NCBI GenBank assembly: GCA_017533605.1
Contig: JAFWKF010000003.1
Location: 6,861-70,860 of the forward strand
Source: Candidatus Saccharimonadota bacterium
Lineage (GTDB): Bacteria; Patescibacteriota; Saccharimonadia; Saccharimonadales; Saccharimonadaceae
Length of the DNA stretch: 64,000 nt
Direction of reading: 5' to 3'
Shown: piece by piece, positions 9,864 to 20,425 of the stretch
Layout of the letters: each line of letters begins with the position of its first letter
How positions within the stretch are numbered: position 1 is the first letter of the stretch
The notes under the pieces: model-generated
Told to the model about the DNA's origin: nothing
What the model saw: the letters and a program-made list of their open reading frames with translations, nothing else
The model's database searches: none
Translations under genes and position numbers: made by a program

Positions 9864-11063
9864 TTATTCGTCAACTAATGAATCAGTGGTGCTTTCTTCG
9901 TACATACCTCCAAAGATTTCTGAAATCACGTCATTAAAATTGCGATATTCGGTTGGTTCTGAAACATTAACATTAGTCGGGTAGTCAAAGTTTAGATCAA
10001 TTGTGATTGTCGCGGCGTTATCGCTGACGCTGGTTGTGGTGTAGAAGCGAGCAAAATTATTGTCGTTATCAATTTCTACATAAAGTTTTGGAATTTGGTT
10101 GGCTGCTTTTACGATACTATCTGTATCAATATCGGCTTCTTCATAACCCATACATGTATAGAAATCACCGATAGATTCCGTGTTTTGTACAGCATTGGCA
10201 AAGTTGGTCAGTTTATCGCTGTCAAGTGAAACTAGATAGACTGGGTAACGTTTGCTGGTTACAGAAACATTTTCGGTGGTTGCAGTAACGAATTGGTTGT
10301 TGTTATATATTTCGGCTAGGCTGCTTTTATTGCTTTTAATGTCGCTTGCAAAGTTGGTCAAGCAAGCAGTGGTCTCAGATGAAGTCGCCATGCCCCCCAT
10401 TGCACTAGTAATTTCATCGGTAGATATTTTGAGCCATTCACCGTCAAGGCCCTCAATAAATTCAATTATTTCTTCGGGTTCATCTACTCCTAAATCGTCA
10501 GTGATAGCCTCGGCGGCATCGGTGGCATTTTCAATTTTAAAGTATAAATCACCGCCATCCGCATAGATTTCATCAAATTCAAAGCTAGCTTCGGTGCCAC
10601 TTGACAGGGTGAGTGTTACGTTTGCCACAGAGGAATTGATGAGCGAGCTAGGAATCATTTCTGACTTTAGATTAATTTTGACTGCGGAGATTGGCGAATC
10701 TTCGTTATTAATAGTTAAATTAATATCGCCATTTGTTAAGACATTAGCTGGTGTTTCGCCGTTGATTAACTTGGTCATGGCTGCCGAAAATGAACTACCA
10801 TTACCTGGGTTTAAAGCAAGAAGAGCGGCAGTTACACCGCAACCAACTGCCAAGAATAGGCAGATGACGATGCCGATAATGATGCCTTTTTTCTTTTTTG
10901 GGCTGCTACTTGGAGTAGCGGTTTCGGCTTGCTGCATAGGACGAGCAGCCGGATCTGGCGCCGTTTCAGGCGCTGGTGCAGCGGCTGGCGCGGGCGTTGG
11001 CGCTGGAGCGGCTGCTGGTGTTGGGTTGAGAGGGTTTGGTGTTTCCCCACCATTTTTATCCAT
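9864..11063 (-). CDS. Hypothetical membrane-anchored protein with Pro/Ala-rich N-terminus
   Basis: Long ORF with SD and one TM helix. Confidence 0.65.
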   Translation of the reverse strand: MDKNGGETPNPLNPTPAAAPAPTPAPAAAPAPETAPDPAARPMQQAETATPSSSPKKKKGIIIGIVICLFLAVGCGVTAALLALNPGNGSSFSAAMTKLINGETPANVLTNGDINLTINNEDSPISAVKINLKSEMIPSSLINSSVANVTLTLSSGTEASFEFDEIYADGGDLYFKIENATDAAEAITDDLGVDEPEEIIEFIEGLDGEWLKISTDEITSAMGGMATSSETTACLTNFASDIKSNKSSLAEIYNNNQFVTATTENVSVTSKRYPVYLVSLDSDKLTNFANAVQNTESIGDFYTCMGYEEADIDTDSIVKAANQIPKLYVEIDNDNNFARFYTTTSVSDNAATITIDLNFDYPTNVNVSEPTEYRNFNDVISEIFGGMYEESTTDSLVDE

Positions 11064-11128
11064 AATAACTCCTTATGTTTTTAATCTTATGTTTATTATA
11101 TCACAAATAATTATGTTACAATATGCTT

Positions 11129-12409
11129 ATGGATAGTTTTACAATTTCTAATATTAAAGCACGGCAAGTTTTGGATTCCAGGGGTAATCCAACGGTGGAG
11201 GCTGAAGTTTGGTTAGAAGAGGGTGAATTTGGTAGAGCGATTGTACCTTCCGGCGCGTCTACTGGTTCTGGCGAAGCTTTAGAACTTAGGGATGGCGATG
11301 AATCACGTTTTAACGGCAAGGGGGTTTTAAAAGCAGTTTGGAATGTTAATTCGTCAATTAAAGATGTTTTGGTAGGCAATAGCTCAGAGCAGAAAACTGT
11401 TGATAAATTAATGCTAGAACTGGATGGCACGGAAAATAAAACTCGTCTTGGCGCGAATGCTATTTTAGCGGTTTCACTAGCTAATGCTAAAGCTAATGCT
11501 AAGGCCAAAAAAATGCCTTTTTACCAGTATGTAGCGGAATTGGCTGGTACGACTAAAGAAATGTCGCTTCCGATGCCGATGATGAACGTAATAAATGGTG
11601 GGGAGCACGCTAGTTGGGCTACAGATTTTCAAGAATACATGATTATTCCTAAAGGCGCTGGTAACATTGCTGATGCCGTACGTTACGGAGCGGAAGTTTT
11701 CCATGCTTTAAAGAAAGTTTTAGCTGAGCGAGATTATCCTACTACGGTTGGTGATGAGGGAGGTTATGCGCCAAAAGTACGTGATGGCAATAACGAACCA
11801 CTAGAGTGTATCAAAATGGCTGTAGAAAAAGCCGGGTATAAATTAGGTGCAGATATTGCAATTGCTATGGACATTGCAGCTAGTGAATTTTATGATAATG
11901 ACCATTATGTATTAAAAACAAACGGTGATTGGAAAACTGCAGACGATTTAATGAACTGGTATGATTGGATTATTAATAATTACCCGGTTGTTTCTATAGA
12001 AGATGGTTTGGCGGAAAACGATTGGGCAAATTGGAAAAAAATGACTGAGCGATTAGGAGGTCGTTGTCAACTAGTAGGAGATGATTTGTTTGTAACAAAT
12101 ACTAAACTACTTAAAAAAGGTATCGAAGAAAAGGTCGCAAATGCAATTTTGATTAAGCCAAATCAAATTGGTACTCTGTCAGAAACTATAGATGCGGTAC
12201 TAACTGCAAAGAAAGCTGGTTATAACACTGTGATGTCACATCGCTCTGGCGAAACAGAAGACGTGACGATTGCGCACCTAGCAGTGGGTCTTGGTACGGG
12301 ACAAATTAAAACTGGTTCCCTTTCTCGTACAGATAGAATAGCAAAATATAATGAATTAATACGAATTGCAGACAATAATTCGCATCTTGGTCTAGCTAAT
12401 CCATTTTAA
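11129..12409 (+). CDS. eno: Enolase
   Basis: [25 protein letters not shown]. Confidence 0.97.
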   Translation: MDSFTISNIKARQVLDSRGNPTVEAEVWLEEGEFGRAIVPSGASTGSGEALELRDGDESRFNGKGVLKAVWNVNSSIKDVLVGNSSEQKTVDKLMLELDGTENKTRLGANAILAVSLANAKANAKAKKMPFYQYVAELAGTTKEMSLPMPMMNVINGGEHASWATDFQEYMIIPKGAGNIADAVRYGAEVFHALKKVLAERDYPTTVGDEGGYAPKVRDGNNEPLECIKMAVEKAGYKLGADIAIAMDIAASEFYDNDHYVLKTNGDWKTADDLMNWYDWIINNYPVVSIEDGLAENDWANWKKMTERLGGRCQLVGDDLFVTNTKLLKKGIEEKVANAILIKPNQIGTLSETIDAVLTAKKAGYNTVMSHRSGETEDVTIAHLAVGLGTGQIKTGSLSRTDRIAKYNELIRIADNNSHLGLANPF

Positions 12410-12415
12410 TAATAT

Positions 12416-13129
12416 TTATTCTTTACTTAAAGCGCGGGCTTCTTTAAAGCCGTCATAGAAGTTTTCGGAGATTTTAGGATGACCGATTTTATTGGCGGCT
12501 TCAACGACTTCGTTGACATCGTCAGTAATTTTGAATATTTCAGTGTCTTTCATATCAACCATTTTTTGTTCAACCATAGATTCGATGACTTTATTAAAAT
12601 TATCCCAGAAGTCTTTACCAATTAAAAACATCGGCATTTTCGGCATTTTGTTTTCTTGCATTAGGCATAATATTTCGGCGATTTCATCCATAGTGCCAAA
12701 ACCGCCTGGGAAAAAAACGAAAACTTTAGCGGCCATAGCCAGTGAAACTTTGCGAGCAAAGAAGTATTCAAAAGTAATGGATTCAGTAAGATACGGATTA
12801 GGGTGTTGTTCGTGAGCGAGAGTAATATTAAGGCCGATAGTGCGTCCGCCAAGCTCGTATGAACCGTGCGAAGCGGCTTCCATAATGCCGGGGCCGCCAC
12901 CAGTAATTACGGCGTGGCCATTTTCGGCGAGTAAGCCGCCGAGCTTGTAGGCTAGTTGGCAGTATTTATTGTCTTGGGGTAATCTAGCAGAACCAAAAAT
13001 CGTCACGCCTTGAGGAAACGAACGAATAATCTGAAGACCCATAGTTAAATCTCTAGCGTAGGCGTTGGCACGCTCTAGATCTTCGATTGAAAGTTTTCTT
13101 AATAATTCTTCATAAGCTGTTCCGATCAT
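12416..13129 (-). CDS. LOG family (TIGR00730-like) protein
   Basis: GGGPGIMEA, FPGGFGTMDE. Confidence 0.9.
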   Translation of the reverse strand: MIGTAYEELLRKLSIEDLERANAYARDLTMGLQIIRSFPQGVTIFGSARLPQDNKYCQLAYKLGGLLAENGHAVITGGGPGIMEAASHGSYELGGRTIGLNITLAHEQHPNPYLTESITFEYFFARKVSLAMAAKVFVFFPGGFGTMDEIAEILCLMQENKMPKMPMFLIGKDFWDNFNKVIESMVEQKMVDMKDTEIFKITDDVNEVVEAANKIGHPKISENFYDGFKEARALSKE

Positions 13130-13137
13130 AATTCTCC

Positions 13138-14100
13138 TTATATTTTTTGAATTGGCATGGGATGAAGTTTTTCCGAGCCAGTTAATATTCCTTTGTTTGC
13201 GCCTAGTTTAGTGACAACGGCCGTAGAATTGGCAGAGGCAAAAACTAGTGAATCTTTGAATGAATGGCCTGCAGCAAAGTGAGCTAAGAAGCCAGAACCA
13301 AAGGCATCACCAGCACCAGTGGCGTCTTTGATTTTTTGGTCTTCATAAATACCATAACGATAAGTTTCTTTACCATCGCTTGCGATGCCACCCATTCGTC
13401 CATCGGTAATGATAGCGGTATCTACATAATTATTTAAGCGATAAACTAATTCGGAAAGTGTGACGCCAGGTACAATTTGCATCGCTTCGGCTTTGTTAAC
13501 ATTTAAAACACTGACATATTTTAATAGATTAGTAAGTTCTTTGATATTTTCTAGTTCTTTGACGCCAGGATTAAACATGACTTTGATATTACTTTCTTTA
13601 GCTTTTAAAAAAAAGCGTTTTAAAGTATCCATATCGCCGCGGAGCGTAGTAACATAGAGCCAGTCTGGATTGATCAGCTCTAAGTCTTTTTCACTAAAAT
13701 TACCAAACTGCTCGCTCGCGCCACGGTAAGTCAAGATTGTACGTTCGCCACTTTTTTTATCCAATAGAATAATTGAAGTACCGGTAGCTTTGCGTTCTAG
13801 GAAATTAACATAACTATCGTCAATAGATTCTTGATTGAGTTTTTTAGTAATAGCAGAACCAGCTGAATCGTGAGCAATATTGCCCATAAAGATTGCTTCG
13901 TGGCCGTGGCGAGAAAACGTAATAGCAGAATTAACTCCGCCGCCGCCAACTTCGTAAGAAATACTGTCGATGTCGACTTTTGAGCCGACTAAGACTTTAC
14001 CAAAAATAGCTTCTTTGCCAATGGCGGTAGAAACAAAATCATCGCAATCGATCAAATAAATGTCTTGAAGAGCGCTTCCTAGCGAAACGATTCGTGCCAT
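13138..14100 (-). CDS. PfkB-family carbohydrate kinase
   Basis: GGGGVNSA, DATGAGDAFGSG. Confidence 0.9.
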   Translation of the reverse strand: MARIVSLGSALQDIYLIDCDDFVSTAIGKEAIFGKVLVGSKVDIDSISYEVGGGGVNSAITFSRHGHEAIFMGNIAHDSAGSAITKKLNQESIDDSYVNFLERKATGTSIILLDKKSGERTILTYRGASEQFGNFSEKDLELINPDWLYVTTLRGDMDTLKRFFLKAKESNIKVMFNPGVKELENIKELTNLLKYVSVLNVNKAEAMQIVPGVTLSELVYRLNNYVDTAIITDGRMGGIASDGKETYRYGIYEDQKIKDATGAGDAFGSGFLAHFAAGHSFKDSLVFASANSTAVVTKLGANKGILTGSEKLHPMPIQKI

Positions 14101-14756
14101 TATAAAACGACTCCATTTTTATCAATTTCGGCAACTAGGGTCTGAAATGCTTCAGCAGGATTTGGTGCGCTAGCAATTGCTGAACCGACATTAATGACGT
14201 CTAAATCTGCATGTGCGAGAGCGCGGACGTTAGTAATATTGGCCCCGCCATCCCAACCGATTTCGATTTCTGGTTTCATATTGCGTACTAAAGGAATTTT
14301 TTCCATTTGCATCAAATCGGCAGGAGCGCCTTGGACTCCAAGTTGACCGGCAAAAATGAGAGCGTGGTCGGCAGTATCAATGTAGGGTTTAATATTGCCT
14401 GGAAAAGTAGAAGGCAGAATCGCTACACCGGTTTTAATGCCAGCGTCTTTTAAGGCTTGAAAGGTAGGCAGTAAGTCTTCTTCGGCTTCGGCATGTAAAA
14501 TACAGAGTGAAGGATTGAGCTTTAAAACTGTTTCTAATAGATTTGAAGGGTATTTAGACATAATGTGTAAATCCGCGTCCCAGTTTTTGGGCCACCAAAT
14601 GTTGGTAATATCAAGAGTTTGAGCCGGCGTGAGCGAACCATCGGAGATATCGATTTGGACGCGACGGGTAAAAACATTAATACGCTCTACTTGCGTGCGG
14701 TAATCTTGCTTATTATCAGTTAAAATCGCTGGTACGATTGAAACGGTTCTAATCAT
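14100..14756 (-). CDS. rpe: Ribulose-phosphate 3-epimerase-like protein
   Basis: QIDISDG, DLHIM, WDGG, VGS; operon with rpiB and gap. Confidence 0.78.
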   Translation of the reverse strand: MIRTVSIVPAILTDNKQDYRTQVERINVFTRRVQIDISDGSLTPAQTLDITNIWWPKNWDADLHIMSKYPSNLLETVLKLNPSLCILHAEAEEDLLPTFQALKDAGIKTGVAILPSTFPGNIKPYIDTADHALIFAGQLGVQGAPADLMQMEKIPLVRNMKPEIEIGWDGGANITNVRALAHADLDVINVGSAIASAPNPAEAFQTLVAEIDKNGVVL

Positions 14757-15201
14757 AATCTTCCCTTTCGTCTAAACGATTAATTCGCCTTACGCGGCGT
14801 TCGTAGTTTGAAAACTTGGTTTCTAAAAATGTTAGAATAATTTTTTTCATAGTTTCAGCGTCTAGGAAATGAGCGGAAAGACACAGTACGTTAGCATCGT
14901 CGTGTTCGCGAGCAAGTTTGGCGGATTCCTCGTTCTCGCAGTGAGCGGCACGTACGCCTTTGAAGCGGTTAGCTTGCATAGTGACTCCATGAGCAGAATC
15001 ACATATTAATATACCTTTACTATCGCGGTCTTCGCGGACGTTTTTAGCAACTGTGATGGCTGGATCATTAAAATCATCACCTTCGTGGTATGAGTAGGCG
15101 CCAATATCTATAATATTATAGTCTTCAATACCGGCGAGCGCCTTTAAAAGTTCTTTTTTTCTTTCGAATCCGCGATAATCTGAACCGATGTAAATATCCA
15201 T
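14749..15201 (-). CDS. rpiB: RpiB/LacAB sugar-phosphate isomerase
   Basis: GILIC, ANRFKGVRAA, AREHDDANVL. Confidence 0.88.
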   Translation of the reverse strand: MDIYIGSDYRGFERKKELLKALAGIEDYNIIDIGAYSYHEGDDFNDPAITVAKNVREDRDSKGILICDSAHGVTMQANRFKGVRAAHCENEESAKLAREHDDANVLCLSAHFLDAETMKKIILTFLETKFSNYERRVRRINRLDEREDYD

Positions 15202-16205
15202 TAATTGTCCTTTCCGAAATCGGCGGCTAACTCAACTAGGCGATTTGAGTAGCCCCATTCATTATCATACCATGCGACAATTTTGACCATGTCGCCGCCT
15301 ACTACATCGATTAAAGGCAAATCTACAATACAAGAATGTGGGTCGCCGATAAAATCGGATGAAACTAATTCTTCTTCGGTTACGCCAATAATACCTTCAT
15401 AATATAGTTCTTTGGCAGCTTTTTTAAATACCTTTGTAAGTTCTTCTTTAGTAGTAGTGCGTTTTAATACAGCTGTAATATCCGATAAAGAAACTACTGG
15501 TGTAGGTACGCGCACGGATAAGCCATTGAAACGGTCTTTTAAAGACGGGATAGTTAGTGCGGTAGCTTTGGAAGCACCCGTGGTCGTTGGTACGATATTT
15601 TCGGCGGCGCTTCTACCTTCACGCAAGTCTTTAGCTGAGCCATCAAGTAGTTTTTGCGAATTAGTGTAGGAGTGTATTGTAGTCATCATGGCTTTTTCTA
15701 CGCCAAATTCGTCTTCTAATACTTTCATAATAGGAGCGATACAGTTGGTAGTGCAGGAAGCACATGAAATGATTTGGTCAGTTTTTTCTAAGATATCTTC
15801 ATTGACGCCAATTACTACTGTCTTGGCACCTTCGCCTTTAGCTGGGGCGGAAATGACGACTTTTTTGGCGCCGGCATCAATATGAGCGCGGGCAAGTTCT
15901 GGTTTGGTAAAGGCACCAGTGGATTCAATTACAACATCTACGCCGAGCTTTTTCCATGGTAGTTTAGCGGGATCTGTTTCGCCAAAAACTGGAATTTCGC
16001 GCGAGTTTATTTTTAATAGGTTGCCTTCAGCTGAGACTTTTTTATCATATAGGCCGTAAGCGGAATCGTGTTTTAATAGATATGCCAAAGTAGCAACTTC
16101 GCCAGGGTTGTTAATCGCTACGACCTCTACATCGTGTCTCTCTAATAATATTTTCAGTACGCATCGGCCGATTCTTCCGAACCCGTTGATCGCTACTTTT
16201 ACCAT
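15201..16205 (-). CDS. gap: Glyceraldehyde-3-phosphate dehydrogenase
   Basis: INGFGRIGR, ASCTTNC, WYDNEWGY. Confidence 0.97.
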   Translation of the reverse strand: MVKVAINGFGRIGRCVLKILLERHDVEVVAINNPGEVATLAYLLKHDSAYGLYDKKVSAEGNLLKINSREIPVFGETDPAKLPWKKLGVDVVIESTGAFTKPELARAHIDAGAKKVVISAPAKGEGAKTVVIGVNEDILEKTDQIISCASCTTNCIAPIMKVLEDEFGVEKAMMTTIHSYTNSQKLLDGSAKDLREGRSAAENIVPTTTGASKATALTIPSLKDRFNGLSVRVPTPVVSLSDITAVLKRTTTKEELTKVFKKAAKELYYEGIIGVTEEELVSSDFIGDPHSCIVDLPLIDVVGGDMVKIVAWYDNEWGYSNRLVELAADFGKDN

Positions 16206-16258
16206 TTTTGCCTCCTAAAAAATCTACTTACGCTTATTATAGCACAGTTTGCTTGAAA

Positions 16259-16338
16259 ACAACAAAAAAGACTCCTTTGAGGACCGTAAGCTTGGGCGAG
16301 CGCCCTTGAGTGTGTCCGAAAAGGAGCTTTTTTGTTGT
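16259..16338. repeat. Palindromic element family A, intergenic copy (reverse orientation)
   Basis: Reverse-complement core TCGGACACACTCAAGGGCGCTCGCCCAAGCTTACGGTCCTCAAAG within terminator-like arms. Confidence 0.85.
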
Positions 16339-16339
16339 A

Positions 16340-16816
16340 TTAACGAGCAAAGTGCGCAAAAGCGCGGTTGGCTTCTGCCATGCGGTGACAATCCTCTTTT
16401 TTCTTGAAGGCGGCACCGGTTTCGTTATAGGCATCTACAATTTCGGCTTCTAGACGCTTAGCGTATGGCATACCACTTCTCGCACGAGCAGATTGTACAA
16501 GCCAAGAAAACGCGAAGTGAAGTTGGCGGTGACCAGAAATTGGAAATGGAATCTGGTAGTTGGCGCCACCTACACGGCGGGATTTGACTTCAAAATCTGG
16601 TGAGACGTTCGCGATAGCTTTTTCTAATACTTCTACTGGGTTTTCGCTCTTTAATTTTTTAGCGGCACCTTCAATAGCAGAATAGACTGCGCGTTCAGCA
16701 ACTTGTTTTTTGCCATTTAACATTGATTTGTTAATTAATCTTTGAACTAAGATTGATTGGTATTTGCGATCTGGATTAACCTTGCGAACCAAGGATTTAG
16801 TAGTTTTACGTGGCAT
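16340..16816 (-). CDS. rpsG: 30S ribosomal protein S7
   Basis: SRRVGGANYQIP, MAEANRAFAH. Confidence 0.97.
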   Translation of the reverse strand: MPRKTTKSLVRKVNPDRKYQSILVQRLINKSMLNGKKQVAERAVYSAIEGAAKKLKSENPVEVLEKAIANVSPDFEVKSRRVGGANYQIPFPISGHRQLHFAFSWLVQSARARSGMPYAKRLEAEIVDAYNETGAAFKKKEDCHRMAEANRAFAHFAR

Positions 16817-17229
16817 TACTTATCCTCCTTCTTCGCACCGTATTTACTGCGGCCTTGTTTGCGACCTTGAACGCCTTGGAGATCTAGCGTACCGCGGACG
16901 ATGTGATAACGCACACCAGGAAGATCTGGTACACGACCACCGCGGACTAAGACTACGGCGTGTTCCTGTAAGTTGTGACCTTCACCACCAATGTAAGCCC
17001 AAACTTCTTGGCCGTTAGTAAGACGCACACGAGCGACTTTACGCATAGCGGAGTTTGGTTTCTTTGGTGTTTTGGTAGTAACTTTAATACAAACCCCACG
17101 TTTTAAAGGCGCAGCCTTTTCGTAGCGCTTGGTCTTTAGGGTATTAATAATAGAGCCTAAAGCTGGGGATTTGGATTTTTTGGCAGCCTTTTTACGGGGC
17201 TTCCTAATCAACTGATTAATAGTTGGCAT
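16816..17229 (-). CDS. rpsL: 30S ribosomal protein S12
   Basis: MPTINQL, PKKPNSA, DLPGVRY. Confidence 0.98.
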   Translation of the reverse strand: MPTINQLIRKPRKKAAKKSKSPALGSIINTLKTKRYEKAAPLKRGVCIKVTTKTPKKPNSAMRKVARVRLTNGQEVWAYIGGEGHNLQEHAVVLVRGGRVPDLPGVRYHIVRGTLDLQGVQGRKQGRSKYGAKKEDK

Positions 17230-17344
17230 TAAAATATCCTCTTAAATTTATTATATGGTGCTTAGTTTTTCACAGCAATCAAAACCAAGCTGAAACTCTT
17301 TAGTTTATTATATCACACTTATATTAAAATGTCTACAAGGATGA

Positions 17345-18622
17345 TTATTTATTGGTTTTAACTAGATAATTAAGAGTCTCTTCAATAATCATGCGATTTT
17401 TAATGTCCATTTTGACATTTGGGTCTTTGAGGCTCTTGATTGCTTCAGGTGAATTTTTGTAAACATCGCGGAGCTCGGCAATTTTAGCGCTCACCACATC
17501 GTCGGAGACATTAATTTTATTATCTACAGCGATAGTTTGGAGTGCAAGCGAAGCTTTGACGCGGGTTTCGGCAACTTTACGGGCTTCTTTTTCCCAGTTT
17601 TCTAGGGTTTCATTATTAGCCTTTAAGAAATCTTCAAAATTCATACCCTGGGTTTTAGCATTTCTGGTCATATCTTCGCGCATAACGTTTAGTTGATCGT
17701 CGATTAAGATTTCTGGAGCAGGAATTTTAGACTTTTTGACAATTTCGTTAACTAAGTCGTCTTTGAATTTCTCATTAACGCGATGCTCGTTTTGGGCTTT
17801 TAGGTTTTTCTCGATATCTTTTTTAAGTTCGGCGAGAGTTTTGAATGGGCCACATTTTTTGGCCATTTCATCATCGATGGGAGCTTTGGTGATTTCATTG
17901 ATTTGCTTAACTAAAACTTCAAATACAGTTTTAGCACCAGCTAAATCTTTAACGCCGTAATCTTTAGGAAATGTGAGTTTTAAGTCAAACTTGTCGCCTG
18001 GTTCGTGGCCCACGATGCCGTCTTCAAATCCGGGAATAAAGGTTTTAGAACCTAGCGTGAGTTTATAGTCTTTAGCGGTGCCGCCTTTAAAAGGTTCACC
18101 ATCTTTTTTGCCGACAAAATCAATTACCACTTCATCGCCGAGTTTGGCTGGGTTTTTGGTAACTTTTTTAGTGGCAAAAGAATCAGACAAATTATTTAGG
18201 ACGTCGTTGATTTCTTTAGCGGTGACTTTGACTGCAGGTTTTTTGAGGCCAAGTTTTTTGTAGTCGCAGAGTTTAATTTCTGGCACAATATCGGCTTCGG
18301 CGGTATATTCGGCCATTTCGCCTGGTACATATTTCGTAACATTGACGCGAGGAAGAACTAATGGGGATTTTTCTTCTTTTCTAAAAGCTTCGATTACGGT
18401 AGAGCGAACAGCAAAATCAATAGTTTCGGCATTAAGATCATGTTCGGGAATGAACTTCTTGGCGACTGACGTTGGGACTTTGCCTTGGCGAAAGCCCTCA
18501 ACTTTGATTTCTTTAGCTAGTTTTACTAATGCCTTTTCATTAGCAGATTTTAAATCTTTAGCGTCTAGAGTGACTGTGATTTCTACACGTGAATCGGAAA
18601 GTTTTTTCAACTTAGTTTTCAT
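17345..18622 (-). CDS. tig: Trigger factor
   Basis: GFRQGKVP, FIPGFE. Confidence 0.95.
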   Translation of the reverse strand: MKTKLKKLSDSRVEITVTLDAKDLKSANEKALVKLAKEIKVEGFRQGKVPTSVAKKFIPEHDLNAETIDFAVRSTVIEAFRKEEKSPLVLPRVNVTKYVPGEMAEYTAEADIVPEIKLCDYKKLGLKKPAVKVTAKEINDVLNNLSDSFATKKVTKNPAKLGDEVVIDFVGKKDGEPFKGGTAKDYKLTLGSKTFIPGFEDGIVGHEPGDKFDLKLTFPKDYGVKDLAGAKTVFEVLVKQINEITKAPIDDEMAKKCGPFKTLAELKKDIEKNLKAQNEHRVNEKFKDDLVNEIVKKSKIPAPEILIDDQLNVMREDMTRNAKTQGMNFEDFLKANNETLENWEKEARKVAETRVKASLALQTIAVDNKINVSDDVVSAKIAELRDVYKNSPEAIKSLKDPNVKMDIKNRMIIEETLNYLVKTNK

Positions 18623-18644
18623 AAATACTCCTATATTAAATATA

Positions 18645-20228
18645 TTATATCATAATTTTGGTTTGATTGATGTCGCGAAAATGAGTTAGAGTAAATTTGG
18701 AATTGGCACCAAGCTTGATGTCGGGATTTAAAATGTCGTTTTGATCAAATATTTCTTTAATTTCATTATAAAGCTTTATTTCTGGCTCTAGTATAGTAGT
18801 GGAAGTAATGACTGCCTTGAGACGACCTTCTGGTGCGCCACTAACTAGTTCCCCACCTTGACGGCCGATGATGTAGGCGCCAGCTCGGAGGAACATAGTA
18901 GCTTTTTTGTTAAACTCTTCGTCTTCTAAATTTAATTTGGGCCGCAAATTGTAAATAGATGTCCCAAGGGAGCCATATAGTTCCAGTTTTAAGTCTAGTT
19001 TCTTTTCTAAAACTTTAATGTCTTCGACAAAGTGTTTGAGATTGTGTCTTGGTAAATAAAAATTAGTCAAAATTGGCGCGCGTTCGCCGTTTTTGACATA
19101 GCTTAAATAATTAACAAGAGAGTTTTCAAATTCATTTAAAGTTGGACGATCGTTCTGCGATTCATAAATAAACTTAGCGTTGCGCGGTAATTTGTCGCCC
19201 ATGTTTTTAAGCTTTTTGATATTCCAGTTGGGATGTTCGTCAAAGTTTGCAAATACTACGTAGCCGTCTTCTAGTTTTTTAATTACGCCGTCGAGGTTTT
19301 TGCCGGATTCGCGGGCTTCCATAATTATTTTGAGATCAAAAATATTGAGCTTGCGAGGCTTAAGCGGAAGGATGGTTTCGGCGTATTTAACGGCTTGGTC
19401 GATGTCTTTAAAGGTGGCAACTACGCGCTTGGGATGCTTTTTAAGTGGTATAGCGCGCAAAATAACTTCAGAAATAATACCAAGTGTGCCTTCGGCGCCA
19501 AAGAAAAGTGGCATCAAGTCTAGAGTTTCTTTTTTGGGTGCATCTTTAATGCCAGGATAGCCGGCAAGACTTTTAGTGGATTTCAAACTTTCGATGAGAT
19601 TAGTGTTTTCTTTGATGACTTTGGAAATTTTGCGGTATAGGTCGCCTTCTAATGATTTTTCAACAGCTTTTTTAGCTACGGCATACTTGCGCAGGCGTTC
19701 AGTTTGGAGACATTCGCCGTTGGCAAGTACGACTTCAATACGTTCGACGTATTTCTGAATGCCACCGTATTTTTGGGCGCATTCATCGGTGAGGTTGTTC
19801 GAAATTAGGCCGCCGATAGTGTCATCGTTGCGCCCGTCAATAGGAATATGTAGGCCAGAAACCGAGAGAGCGGTGTTTAATTCTTTTAAGGTGATGCCGG
19901 ATTGTACGCGTACTAATCTTTCACGTGGGTCAATTTCTAGTAAGTGATTTAACTTTTCAGTAGAAATAATTACGCCGCTGCCGAGATCGGCACCATTTTC
20001 GTCATGGCCGCCACCGCGGACGGTGACAGCGACTTTAATATCTTTGGCGGAAAGCTGGTTAAAAAACCGCATCAGTTTGCGAATGTCGTCAGTGGATTCT
20101 GGAAAAGCGACAAATTTGGGCTTGATTTTGAGTGCAGAGCAGTCCGTGGAGTATTCCTCGAGGATTTCTGGGCTATCAAAAACATTACCAACAGTCAACT
20201 GATTTAAATACTTGGTAATTTTGCCCAT
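18645..20228 (-). CDS. FAD-binding oxidoreductase (GlcD/D-lactate dehydrogenase-like)
   Basis: VRGGG, TIGGLI, GAEGTLGII, ILNP; start moved to MGKI because the longer ORF runs through a tRNA. Confidence 0.82.
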   Translation of the reverse strand: MGKITKYLNQLTVGNVFDSPEILEEYSTDCSALKIKPKFVAFPESTDDIRKLMRFFNQLSAKDIKVAVTVRGGGHDENGADLGSGVIISTEKLNHLLEIDPRERLVRVQSGITLKELNTALSVSGLHIPIDGRNDDTIGGLISNNLTDECAQKYGGIQKYVERIEVVLANGECLQTERLRKYAVAKKAVEKSLEGDLYRKISKVIKENTNLIESLKSTKSLAGYPGIKDAPKKETLDLMPLFFGAEGTLGIISEVILRAIPLKKHPKRVVATFKDIDQAVKYAETILPLKPRKLNIFDLKIIMEARESGKNLDGVIKKLEDGYVVFANFDEHPNWNIKKLKNMGDKLPRNAKFIYESQNDRPTLNEFENSLVNYLSYVKNGERAPILTNFYLPRHNLKHFVEDIKVLEKKLDLKLELYGSLGTSIYNLRPKLNLEDEEFNKKATMFLRAGAYIIGRQGGELVSGAPEGRLKAVITSTTILEPEIKLYNEIKEIFDQNDILNPDIKLGANSKFTLTHFRDINQTKIMI

Positions 20229-20246
20229 TCTGCTAATGATTATAAC

Positions 20247-20279
20247 ACAAAAAATATACCCATTGTGGGTATTTTTTGT
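20247..20279 (-). terminator. Terminator after tRNA-Leu(TAG)
   Basis: ACAAAAAATATACCCA/TGGGTATTTTTTGT hairpin. Confidence 0.6.
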
Positions 20280-20281
20280 AA

Positions 20282-20366
20282 TGGTGCCCGCGACTGGAGT
20301 CGAACCAGCAAGCCGATTGGCACATGCTCCTAAGGCATGCGTGTCTACCAATTCCACCACACGGGC
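20282..20366 (-). tRNA. tRNA-Leu(TAG)
   Basis: GCCCGTG acceptor stem, CATGC-CTTAGGA-GCATG anticodon arm, GTTCGA, CCA. Confidence 0.95.
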
Positions 20367-20425
20367 GTGGAATAATTATAACATAAAAAGAGCCTTTTTA
20401 AAGGCTCTTTTTGTTGGTTTACTTT

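Noticed and set aside
20229-20360. N-terminal extension of the oxidoreductase ORF (MVELVDTHALGAC...)
   Set aside because: It is a translation of tRNA-Leu(TAG) and its terminator.
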